From positions 126,976,001 to 127,040,000 of the forward strand of contig NC_042999.1 in assembly GCF_006345805.1 (NCBI RefSeq): a stretch of DNA of 64,000 nt. Direction: 5' to 3'. Origin of the DNA: Octopus sinensis (taxonomy: Eukaryota). Below are positions 52,641-64,000 of the stretch, one piece after another; position 1 is the first letter of the stretch, and each line of letters opens with the position of its first letter. The notes below the pieces were generated by a model. The model searched no databases, was not told the origin of the DNA, and saw nothing but the letters and a program-made list of their open reading frames with translations. Made by a program: the position numbers and the translations under genes.

Positions 52641-54439
52641 GCACACACTCACACACACATAGGTATACAACACTAAATTCTCTAAATTCCTTCACAAAGT
52701 ATTGGTCAACTTAAAGGCTATAGTAGAAGACACTTGCCCAAATTGCTTCTCAGTTAGACTGACCTGAAACCACATAATTGCAAAGTGAACTTCATAACCA
52801 CACAGCCACACCAATTTATATAAAAACATATCTTCATGGTATTTAGCTGTATTATGAAATTAAATGTATTAGACTTGGTTTCCTAAAACCTTTGATGTCC
52901 CATTTTATGGATGCAATTATATAACCATTCCAGTATCCAAAACATTTGGTCCTTGTAGGGTCCAAACTTAGGTCATACTCAATCATTTTACTATTACTTG
53001 ACTCACTATTAATTAAGCTTTCAAACTTGTCACAAGAAGCTCTTATTTGTTGGAAGACTAGAGTTCACCTTCGAAACTGAAGTATAAAAGTCATCCCTAA
53101 ACTTCATGTCATGTATATATCATATTTTCATTGAAGTTAAAAGACCTTGGAATTTTGTGATGAGCAAATTTTAAAAACTCTTTCTACTATAGGCACAAGG
53201 CCTGAAATTTTGGAGTGGGGTTTAGTCGATTATATTGACTGAAGTACAAAACTTGTACTTATTTCATCGACCCTAGAAGGATGAAATGCAAAGTCAACCT
53301 CAGTGGAATTTGAACTCAGAACGTAAGGACAGATGAAATGCTGCTAAGCATTCTGTCTGGAGCACGAACGATTCTGTCATTTTATGTATAAGACCTGACT
53401 TAGCCACATGATACTATCATCATTGAGATAAGATAATACGGCATGATTATTTGTTGGCACTGATACAAATTAAGTTAAGAAGTGGTCTGAATGACAGTGA
53501 GGATGACACAGTTACACTCAGAATGGAATAATCATGGATAATGTAAGAGAGATGGAGTTTGATGTGAGGAAAGATTAAAAGCAATGAAAAATATGGGAAG
53601 TTGATTACATAAACCAATTCAGCTGTCCAGTGCATGAAAATAAAAAGATAAACAGCAAAATAATAATTTTAAATTGATGTCGATTAATTCAAATGGATAT
53701 TACATGAGCTTTTTTTTTCTTTTCTATCACTGCTCATTCAGTAAGCTTTCATTATCCCCCTGTTGTTACTTCTGTTATGCAGCAGTTTTTCATACTACTC
53801 ATAAAAAGATAAGATATCTGAATCAACTATTTAGATTTAGTCATTGCTCCTGTTGGGTGTAATATATATCAGTGCTTGAATTGAGATTCCTTTATCATAC
53901 TAGCACCTACATATTATATGACAGGGATAATGCAACATGATGAAGGGGTTTATAGTTGTCTTTCCTGTATATGCACAGGCATGAGTGAATGGTTAAGAAA
54001 TTCACTATGAAACAACATAGCTTCTGGTTCAATCCTATTCCATGATGCATAGGACTAATTATATCTTTTCAGCAGAAATTGGTCAACGGAAACTATGCAG
54101 ATGACCATACATGCATACGTAAATACATAATACATACATACATATATAAATATATATATATATATATAATAATATTAGGGAGTAAATCCAAACTTACAGG
54201 GAAATTTAATATAATATAATATATATGCCAGCTCTGTCTGGCACCTGTGCGGGTGGCACGTAAAAAGCACCCACTACACTCACGGAGTGGTTGGCGTTAG
54301 GAAGGGCATCCAGCCGTAGAAACACTGCCAGATTTGACTGGGCCTGATGAAGCCTTCTGGCTTCACAGACCCCAGTAGAACCGTCCAACCCATGCTAGCA
54401 TGGAAAACGGACGCTAAACGATGATGATGATGATGATGA

Positions 54440-54487
<48 letters not shown>

Positions 54488-54513
54488 TATATTATATTAT
54501 GTGTATATATATA

Positions 54514-54875
54514 TTGGGTTGGCCAGAATGAAGTGCGTCTTTGAGGTCAAAATTTCCATATTTGAACTTGGCATACCAATCACAAGCAGTTCGTTCAGTT
54601 ATGGCACCCGTTCCATACACAGTACAAATGTTGCAAGCAACCTTGATTAAAAGCAAAAAGAAGGAGGTGTCGAAAATACTCGTTTTTCTTAACTTGACAT
54701 TCCATTTTAATGATCTGAAAGTAAACAAAAATTAACTAACATTAACTAGGAAAAAAAAATATAGATTCCAAAATGATTCAAAAACAGAATTCTGAAAAAA
54801 AAAAATAGATTCCAAAATTTAAAAACAATAAATTCCAAAATTTAAAAAACAGCAGGAACTTTATTGCCAACCCAA
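54514..54875 (-). mobile_element. Internally deleted mariner element
   Basis: TA|TTGGGTTGGC ends on both sides; HTH fragment VACNICTVYGTGAITERTACDWYAKFKYGNFDLKDALHSGQP. Confidence 0.85.
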
Positions 54876-54896
54876 TATATATATATATTATATAAC

Positions 54897-54977
54897 TAAC
54901 AGAGATACTCGGCTTTGCTCATGTCACATGGAATTTCAATTCCATGTGACATGGGCAAAAGTCGGGTATCTCTGTTA
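54897..54977. repeat. 81-nt hairpin built from Helitron 3'-end-like sequence
   Basis: TAACAGAGATACTCGGCTTTGCTCATGTCACATGGAAT-ttca-ATTCCATGTGACATGGGCAAAAGTCGGGTATCTCTGTTA. Confidence 0.85.
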
Positions 54978-56270
54978 AACTTTTCTTTTATATTTCTCTA
55001 ATGAACTGGAATACCTATGATTCGAATTTCATCAAAATTGCAGATTAAGAATTTTAATGAGGGTTCTTTCCCTCTTTACACACCCTAACAAAAATTCTAA
55101 TCATGACATATTTATCCCATACTAGTCATCTTTATGCCAAGATTCCAAAATCCAAATTTTATGAAGCCTGTTCAAACTTTTTCGCTCCTGAAAAATGGAG
55201 CACATGGAGCTCTAAAATGTAGGAATTAAGGCTCCTATTAAAGTCAACCAGAGAAGTTGAATTGTTGGGAATCTTTTTTAACTTGGGTCTTATATCTATA
55301 TGAATGTTCACTGAGTTTGTAAAAGAGAGCAAAGCTACAGGAAACCAAAAGATGAATGATCACAATAAGCAGTCAGCTACCCTTCCCTAGTCATTACCAT
55401 TCCCCAATGTTGGATTCCTCACCATACAGGTGATGGGCACAGCCATAAGATGCATTACGGATCTATAGCAATTGGAAGGGCATGACCCAACTCAAATAAA
55501 CATTAACATCTGTGTGAAATGAGGGATAAGGGGAAATGAAAGTGTCACTTCTGGAGTTTGCCAATAATCACTATGCTGATAGGTAATGGACAGAACAAAT
55601 TTGCTATCTATAGATCTCTTTGAATGACCAATCACTTATCTGAGAAGGCCTTGAAATCAATGTTACTATCTAGGAACTATCTCTGACCCAGTAATAATAA
55701 AAAGACTCAAAGGTAGTCTGCAACCAAATAACTTTACTCAAAATAACACTTTGCAACTGAATCAGTGGATGCAAAGATGCCTCTCCTTTGCTTGACAATT
55801 TATGCACCACATGGCAGAAATCACAAACTAAGTATATCTCAAAGCAAACTCTTACACTGTTGTACCATTGAATTACAAATAATGCTCATCTTGTATGCTT
55901 GGGTGACTCTATAGCTTCCAAGATTACAATTGTATTCATCTTGGCTTAGGAAAAATGACTAAATTGTTGGGGCTAGGGACCAATTAAGGGGTCTTACTAA
56001 CTCCTAAGAAGTTGAAATTTGAAATTTAAGGAATATTACTTCATTTTTGTCTAATATCTATGGTTAAAATTTTATCAACAGCAAAAATATAAGAATTTTT
56101 ATGGGGGTTATGGCCTCATTTATACCCCCTCACTGTCAAACATATAAAGACATTGACTTTTATATAGTAGATATATATATGAATGCATGTATATATGTGT
56201 TTATATATGTGTACATATTACATACACATTTATATATATACATATGTGCAGATGTATACATATATATATA

Positions 56271-56667
56271 CTAGCAGTATCAACCGGCGTTGCTCGGGTT
56301 TGTAAGGGAAATAACTATATAAGCATTTTTAGAGATGTAAAGTATAATAGCCATCTCAATATGGCTAACAACAAAGTGGGGGGTGTTACTGTAGCTTTTT
56401 ACGTTCTGAGATAAAGTAATAAATTTTTAGAGAGTTACTTCCCTTATATATGCCAAAAATGCATTAAAAATGGGAAAAATTGATGGTAAATTATTTTAAA
56501 AATCGTAGACTCATCGTAGACGCGCGCTAATACCTAGAAGGGCTCGATATGAATCACGACTATAAGATATCCGGTTTTGGTTAAACTGTACCGCAAAATG
56601 TGGGAGTAGTTAGGAATCTAAATCGTAGGAGACAGACAGCACACAACCTCACTTTTATATATAAAGA
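56271..56667 (-). mobile_element. 397-bp non-autonomous Helitron related to the inner 637-bp element
   Basis: Minus strand A|TCTTTATATATAAAAGTG...CCCGAGCAACGCCGG-TTGATACTG-CTAG|T. Confidence 0.9.
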
Positions 56668-56671
56668 TATA

Positions 56672-57387
56672 TCTCTTATTATAAAAGGCAGATTTTATCT
56701 GCCTCCCTTTGGGAGTTATAGAAATCTACAATATAGGATTTCTTCAATTACAATTTACCTAGCAATTTTAAGAGTACAATGCATCGCGTCATGCCAGGTC
56801 CAGTTTTTAAAATTTAAACTCCAATTAAGCAAAATTTACAGAAAACTCACATTCTGGTGTGTGTGTCAAATGCTTTTCTTAGTCTGGTTTACACCACACG
56901 CAAACGCACACACACAGTGGGCAACGAATAAAATGAAAGTAAATAGCAACAGAGTGATTTGAGGAAGACTAAAGTGAAAGTATTCTGTCTATGACGCTGA
57001 TAGATACATGAGTAAAATGTATGGGAAGCTAAGAGCTAAGAGTGAGTGAAAATGTTCTTGGAAGAGAGTAATTAGTAATAAAGTAAACATACACTCATAC
57101 ATACATACATACATACATACATACATACATACATACATACATACATACACACACACACATACACACACACATACATACACACACACATACATACATACAC
57201 ACATACATACATACATACATATACATACATACATACATATACATACATACATACACACACACACATACACACACACACAGTATTGAAGCTTGAGAACAAT
57301 CAGATACATTTGCAACACATCTGTTGAAAATATTATTGTTCACACACATACATATACATATATACATACAGACAGACAGACAGATAG

Positions 57388-57418
<31 letters not shown>

Positions 57419-58490
57419 ATCCAGCATGGCCACAACCTCAAGGCTGAAACATATAAAAGAATAACAGAATATAAATGTGTGCAAAGTACAAGAAATATTA
57501 ATGCAGTATATGGGGATTGGACAATAAGCGTAAGGCAGTGTCAATGGTGGTTCCAGAAATCCTGAGCCATAAACTACAGCCTAGAAGACGAGCCTCATCC
57601 TGAAAGATCTGTAGAACTTGACAAGGACATCCTGAAAACCCTGGTGGAACAAAATATCATCGTAACTGTTGAGGAACTAGCAGAGAAGCTTGGATTTGGT
57701 CATTCAACCATTCATTGACACCTGTGTGCTATCGGAAAAGTCAGCAAATTGGGTCAATGGGTTCCTCACGAACTTTCCGAGTCTAATTGCATGCAGAGAG
57801 TGAATGTATGCTTTTCTTTGCTGTCATATCTCACCACTACTGCGCTATGTATATCTATATATATAAAACTGTAGTTGTGTGAGTGTCTGTCCCCTTCGAT
57901 TTAGATTCCTAACTACTCCCACATTTTGCGGTACAGTTTAACCAAATTCGGGTAGCTTATAGTCGTGATTCATATCGAGCCCGTCTGAATATTAGCGCAC
58001 GTCTACGATGAGTCTACGATTTTAAAAATAATTTAACATCATTTTTTATTCCATTTTAATGCATAATTTTTCGTGTGTCGATGGCGGTGGAGTTGGCGTC
58101 CACGCTCACACCTGCACCTGTGGGGAAGGGAGTGTAAGGAAATCAACGTCGTAATGCGTTGTCAAGGAGACCAGTGTTCTTTTAGAACAACGACTTCATG
58201 GCTTGAAGACACCAAAACAGAAATGGCTAAGAAAGCGTCTACATGAGTCTACGATTTAAAAAAAAATTTACCATCGTTTTTTTTCCATTTTAATGCATTT
58301 TTTCGCTATTATATAAGGAAAGTAACTCTCTAAAAATGTCTACGATGAGTCAACGATTTAAAAAAAAATTTACCATCATATTTTTTCCATTTTTAATGCA
58401 TTTTTTGCTATTTTTTGGCTATAACTCTCTAAAAATGCTTATATAGTTATTTCCCTTACAAACCCGAGCAACGCCGGGCGATACTGCTAG
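56672..58490 (+). mobile_element. Composite non-autonomous Helitron with captured cargo (copy 2); inner Helitron 57854-58490
   Basis: A|TCTCTTATTATAAAAGG...A|TCTATATATATAAAACTG...CCCGAGCAACGCCGGG-CGATACTG-CTAG|T. Confidence 0.9.
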
Positions 58491-58494
58491 TATA

Positions 58495-58530
<36 letters not shown>

Positions 58531-58949
58531 TGTATGTATGCATATATATATATATGTGAGATGATAGTTTCACTTTAATAGTTTCAGTATTAATAGCAAA
58601 ACTATTAAACTGAAAGTATCTCACTTTACAATAAAGAGATGTGGGGAGACAAACACAGACACAACGACACACACATAAACATATACATATATATATTAAT
58701 ATATATATCATCATCATCATCATCATCGTTTAACGTCCGTTTTCCGCGCTAGCACGGGTTGGACGGTTTCGACCGGGGTCTGGGGAGCTCGGGACTGCCC
58801 CAGGCTCCAGTCTAGTCTGGCAGTGTTTCTACAGCTGATGCCCTTCCTAACGCCAACCACTCTGCGAGTGTAGTGGGTGTTTTTTACGTGCCACCTGCAC
58901 AGGTGCCAGAGGGGTCTGGCAATCGGCCACGTTCGGATGGTGCTTTTTA

Positions 58950-59663
58950 TGTGGGGGGGGGTGCAGAAATATAGGGGAGCACCAGTGGGGAGGGGTGGTT
59001 CAGAGAAATGATGACAGGTTCTAGGCAAGTAGAACGTAGGATATCGAGAGAGGGGTAATGCATGGTGAAATAGCGTATTGAAGAGGGGAGTTCGAAGAGT
59101 AGACACCTATAATGGTGGTGGGAGAAGCGACATCCGGTATAGATGGAGCAAAATATAGAGATATCCGGTATTGGTGGTGGGGGTGGGCAGGGCGGGTGCA
59201 CCGCGAAGATACGAAGTTTGATTTTTGACGAATTAAGATAGATAGATAGATAGAGAAATTTGATAAATAGTTAGACAGATAGAGAAACATAAGAGGGAGT
59301 ATCCGGTGTAGATGGTGAGAACAGTGTTCACCGGTATTGGTGGTGGGGGCGGGAGGGCGGGCGCACCGCGCATTGGGAGAAGATGAGGTTTTTGGGAGAA
59401 GATGAGGTTTTAGGCGGCAGAAAGAAGACAGGATTGAGATGAAATGCTTTGCGGTGGTGTGAATAAGTTTTTGTGAGTGAAAGTTTTTATGCTTCAGCTA
59501 GCATTTGAGATGAAAGACAACGATAACGCTATTAGATGGGGATACAATAATAATAAGGCTTGCAAAAACAATGGAAAGAGGAAACAGGTCGGGAACTTAG
59601 CTTGATGTTTTTCATCCTGCGGTATTGGCTAAGCCTGTGGAAGCGAGTGAAGGTGAGATATAT

Positions 59664-59723
<60 letters not shown>

Positions 59724-59752
59724 TGAAAACAGAGGGAGAACCGACACCACAT

Positions 59753-59793
<41 letters not shown>

Positions 59794-59847
59794 GTGACAC
59801 CGCGCATTGGGAGATGAGGTTTTAGGCGGCAGAAAGAAGACAGGATT

Positions 59848-59852
<5 letters not shown>
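58950..59852. repeat. GC/CpG-rich, internally duplicated repeat of unknown class
   Basis: 59165-59205 resembles 59331-59370 and 59364-59440 resembles 59798-59852; contains (GA)n tracts and abuts (TA)n. Confidence 0.6.
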
Positions 59853-59889
<37 letters not shown>

Positions 59890-60080
59890 GCTTCTTTTAG
59901 TTTCCATCTACCAAATTCACTCACAAGGCTTTGGTCAGTTTGAGGCTATAGTAGAAGACACTTGCCCAAGGTGTCACACAGTAGGACTGAACCCGGAACC
60001 ATGTAGTTGAGAAGTAAGCTTCTTACCACACAGCTGTGCCTTGATTCTAATGTACATGCATACATACATACATACATACA

Positions 60081-60113
<33 letters not shown>

Positions 60114-60363
60114 GGGTATGTTTATATATATATGTATATACATATTTACATATATGTATACATACATATGTATATTATAATGTATATATATATATATATA
60201 TAAATATACTTCATATATATATTATAATGTATATATATTTATATAATTTATATATATATATATATTATTATAATGTATGTATATACATATATATAAACAT
60301 ACATATATATATATGTACATACACATACATATATGCAAACATACATACACACATAGATTCATA

Positions 60364-61215
60364 TGTTGTCTGATCAATAAGTATCCGGACTGTTGCCATA
60401 GCAACGAAGCTAAAGCACACAGAGTGAAGCTGCTCGGCAAAGATTAATCTTGAACTCTGTGGTGTCTTGCACGCTAAGTTTTAATGTTCTGGCTCACTTC
60501 CGTTGTTTACAGCAGTGCTTGGAGGGAAGCTGTGTAGTGTATGATTGTCACATTGACCATGACAAAGAAAGTTGAGCAGAGAGTCTTCATCAAATTTTGC
60601 CAATAGCTTGGCGATACCTGTTGAGAAGTCTATGCAAAGTTTTCAAAAAGTGTTCATCGTTATTGACACAATCAAGATCTTGTGCAACTGGAAGCGGAGT
60701 GTCATTTTAGTCAGCTGAAAGCAGTTTTGGCATAAACTTGGCTGACACACATCTCATACCCAAATCTTCAATGATAATTTACTGAACTGAACCATAACTG
60801 ATCTGTATATCCTTTGATAACTCACAGATGGTGATTCGATGATTTCCCCTCACAGCTGCACATACATCTGTGATGTTTTTCTCAGTTTTGCTGGTTGCAG
60901 GACTCACAGAATGTTCGTCAATATCGATATTTTTGGGCCATCTTGGAAGCATCAGAACCATTTGTACACTTGTGTGCAGCTCATACACTCCCATCCATGC
61001 ACTTTCTGAGAAGTATCGCCATGACAATGCGATGATCACACACTGTATACCTTCTTTCCATGTACTTCTGTAAACAGTGGAGGTGAGCTAGAATGTTAAA
61101 ATTTGGTGCATATGCACAACAGAGTTCAAGGTCAATCTTTGCCAAGCAGTTTCACTCAGCATGCTTTAGCTTTGTTACTATAGCAACAGCCCAGATACTT
61201 TTTGATCAGATTTCA
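60364..61215. mobile_element. Rearranged mariner made of two 5' halves in inverted orientation
   Basis: TA-flanked ends resembling TCTGATCAA.AAGTATC.GG.CTG with about 200 bp of end-to-end homology. The plus strand gives MTKKVEQRVFIKFC; the minus strand gives ...RITICELSKDIQISYGSVQ...LGMRCVSAKFMPKLLS...NDEHFLK. Confidence 0.85.
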
Positions 61216-62141
61216 TATATGTATGTACATGCATATGTAGATTTGTTTATGTGCATGAAACAATTCTACCAGTTAAAAGCCAACATTGTATCAAAGAGTT
61301 ACTCAGCCTCTTGTTAAAATATAGACTTAAATAATATGTATGAGACTGAAATGAAAACTGGGTGTCAATATCATGGACAAAAATCTTCTGGATAGTGCAC
61401 CAGCATGGCCACAGTCTCTGTGACTAAAAATAGTAAAAAAAAAAACAGAAAGCAGTAAAAAGCAAAAGATTGTGTAAAGAAGAAGAACATGAGTATCAAC
61501 TTATTTTTGTTAATACCACTGTAAAAACCCCCGATCGACTTTGAAGCTTGTTGCTATGACATCCAACTTTCATTTCTAGTCACATTTGAGATAGCATCAT
61601 GAATATAAGCTGTTGTGCTTAGTCAGTTGCACTCATTTGATGAAGTATATAGATTATGCGTTATTGGTTACCAAGTGCATTTGATCAAACTTCACACACC
61701 CTCCTATCTAAAAGCAACATTCAATACTGCCCTGGTCGGTCTCGCTCTGAGCATAAATTCTGATTATGAATAATAAATGTTATTGATATTTTACTTAGTG
61801 ATGACTAATAGTAATTTGTCTTGATTAACTTTACAATTAACAGTAAAAGCCATATTTTTGTTGCTGGCTTTGCTGAAATTTCTTTTTCATCTTTTTAATA
61901 CTGCATGCTAAACAATATGTATAAAAAACAACAACAACAACAACAACAAAAACAAGCAAAAATCTCCACAAAACAACTAGTTAAACTATTTGACCACTAT
62001 TTAAAATGATATCACTGATTATCAAACTTTAGTTCACATGCATACACAATTACAAGCTAAAATTCAAACACGCATACTCATTCATACTCATACATAATCA
62101 TACAAACATTGTAATATAAATTCTCTCTTTCTCTTATATAT

Positions 62142-62222
62142 TTAGATAGGCAGGATATGTAAATGGTTTAGGGAATGGAATATGTATTCAGCTATTATCA
62201 GTATTGTTACAGTCAATGACGT
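62142..62222 (-). CDS. Candidate terminal coding exon (TSLTVTILIIAEYIFHSLNHLHILPI*)
   Basis: Acceptor gagtttcctttacag with an upstream CTCAAT branch-like motif; phase 0 matches the 63871-63905 exon. Followed by unique AT-rich UTR-like DNA. Confidence 0.45.
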   Translation of the reverse strand, partial: TSLTVTILIIAEYIFHSLNHLHILPI

Positions 62223-63297
62223 CTGTAAAGGAAACTCTTTAATATATAATGTATAATAACATTGAGCTATTCTTGTTTATCATAATTTTTATTTTAATAT
62301 ATTTCCTTTTCTTTACTATAATAAAAGAGGGTATGTATGTTTTTTGTGAGTCTTTATGTCTGTGTGTTCATATATCTATGCATACATGCGTGTTCTTACA
62401 AATATTCAGCTTCTATGTTTGTCTGTCTGTCTGTATGTCTGTTTCGGTCTGTCTATATCTCTCTCTCTCTCACTGATTTAAGACTGTTTGGAGTGAAATT
62501 ACATTAGATATCTTAAACATACCCTGATGAATAGGCAGAAACCATATGGAGTGTTCTGCTTACTATAGAGACTGTTCTATTTATTACTTGGGAAGACAGA
62601 AAATTCAGCTTTCTGTTATATTTTAGTGAAGCATAAATCCACACAGACTGTGGTTAGTTTGGTAATGTCCTTACTAGCCTTGGTCTGGTCAGTTGATTTC
62701 ATTTGGTGCAGATGGGAACATCTTAATAAGCTTTCTGTCCACAGTGAGAGGTAATTTAAAGGGTGAGAGCACAAAATATTTTATTTGAAATTCTGAAAAG
62801 AGTACTTGTTGAATCCAGATGTTTTACAATAAGACATTGTAAAACTGTAACAGGAAATTATATATCTGAGAATGAGAGCAGAAAAACTTAATTTCCAGTA
62901 GACCAAATTTTAGTCATGAGATCAGTCTTTGGATTGTTGTTGTTTTGAGCAGTGTCTGTGTCATGATATAAGTAGCAGTTGTGTATTTGTGCTGTTATGT
63001 CTCCTCCATTGAAGGATGATTTTGAAGTCTTTTCATGGCTTCAGTGCTTGTTTGATATGAGCTGTCTAGGTTATGTATGAATGACATTTGTATGTGCATC
63101 TAAAAATAGCTACAGAGGATGAAGTATGGTATTGTGAGCGAAGGAGCAAATGCTCTCAGAAGTGACAGACATTCATTTGGATGTACAGAATGAAGGTTAT
63201 GAAAGGCATTAAGGGAACTTGGGTTAATTTAGAATTCATAGAACATGGGAAATGATGAAGGCAGTGCTTGTTTACAACTATTTCCATCACCTTTTAG

Positions 63298-63460
63298 AAC
63301 TGGTGTAGCTAGAGGTGGGGGTGTGTGCAAAGGGGGGGGGGCAGTCCACCCCAGGCTGCACTTTTGGGTCTGCTGTGGGCAAAATGAATTTTTTGTGGGT
63401 GCCCAGGGGTGGCAAACTGAAAGACTGCCCTGGGTGGTGCACAGTCTAGTTATGCAAGTG
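63298..63460. mobile_element. 163-bp hAT-type MITE
   Basis: Exact 8-bp target duplication CCTTTTAG (63290-63297 and 63461-63468); decayed TIRs related to CAGTGGCGTAGCTAG. Confidence 0.85.
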
Positions 63461-63870
63461 CCTTTTAGATATTAAAAGTGAGAGCAATGAGACAGTAGAA
63501 GGCAGGATCAAAGAGATTGCTTTTCTTTAGAATGAGAAAGACTGCATAGCGTTTCTGTAGAGAATTGAAGAATTTGATAGCACCTAAGTTTCCTATTTGA
63601 GAAAAACAAATACCTTTAGAACTGGCTGAAATGTTGAAATGGCGTGATTAGAAAAGTTGTTGTGGCTTAACTTCAGATGAGTTTCGTTGATGTTTGTTCC
63701 CTCATAAGACACCCATCAGTTGATGGGAAGGTATGACCCTTTTGGTAGTTTTTTTTTGGTTTCTCTGTTCTTTGCTTATTTGTGACTAGTCACAAAAAGT
63801 GCCCCGCAATTGAATGGAAGAATTTAATTAGCGTAAAATGATAAATGTCCTTAAAGTCGGTAGATCTTAC

Positions 63871-63905
63871 TTGCAGAAACAAAAATGCAATGCCTGAGGA
63901 AGCAT
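63871..63905 (-). CDS. Candidate 35-nt penultimate exon (xASSGIAFLFLQ) of a gene entering from the right edge
   Basis: Strong acceptor tttttttcaaattcctttcaacatag and donor CAA|gtaaga; phase 1 to 0. Confidence 0.5.
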
Positions 63906-64000
63906 CTATGTTGAAAGGAATTTGAAAAAAATTTCAAATTCATAAATAATATTAAGAGCAATCTTAAGTAATAGCTAATGACTATGGAAAATTGTTACTT

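Noticed and set aside
54344-54366. CTGATGA-AGCC-TTCT-GGCT hammerhead-like start (also CTGACGA at about 18928)
   Set aside because: GAAA is replaced by TCAC, and stems I and III are absent; this is an ordinary hairpin in family C.
62146-62330. Plus-strand exon with signal-like MYNNIELFLFIIIFILIYFLFFTIIKEG|gtatgt
   Set aside because: Hydrophobic frames arise easily in T-rich DNA, and the donor is the start of a (GTAT) repeat. It overlaps the better-supported minus-strand acceptor and exon. Not excluded without RNA-seq.
62524-62552. CTGATGA...GAAA-CCATATGG with a palindrome
   Set aside because: There is no stem II and no NUH in register, and stem I cannot form.

Overview
AT-rich, microsatellite- and transposon-saturated metazoan DNA. 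I infer an octopus (coleoid cephalopod) genome from recognising its SINE families; this is not proven from the sequence alone. There is no long intact gene, and nearly all ORFs in the supplied track are simple-repeat or SINE artefacts. Host-gene signals are few: a CpG-retaining, possibly bidirectional promoter region near 7.1-8.1 kb with candidate small exons, and two phase-compatible minus-strand exons at the right edge (63871-63905 and 62142-62222) encoding a hydrophobic, GPI-signal-like C-terminus. The rest is four tRNA-headed or RTE-tailed SINE types plus decayed mariner, hAT, piggyBac-like, Gypsy, R4/Dong, Helitron and Helentron pieces. Three things stand out. (1) An intact minimal type I hammerhead ribozyme (44146-44188) sits at the tip of a rod-like hairpin inside a 351-nt terminally redundant unit that carries an inverted copy of its own 3' end. 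Four more hammerhead-like motifs from unrelated short repeats occur in the window, three with palindromic or near-palindromic stem III (dimer type), consistent with Penelope-like or retrozyme-like elements. (2) A roughly 1.8-kb composite Helitron carrying captured microsatellite, SINE and mariner DNA is present twice in inverted orientation (37395-39173 and 56672-58490), with breakpoints exactly at TC/CTAG termini. (3) Several short elements next to (TA)n tracts end in fold-back palindromes.
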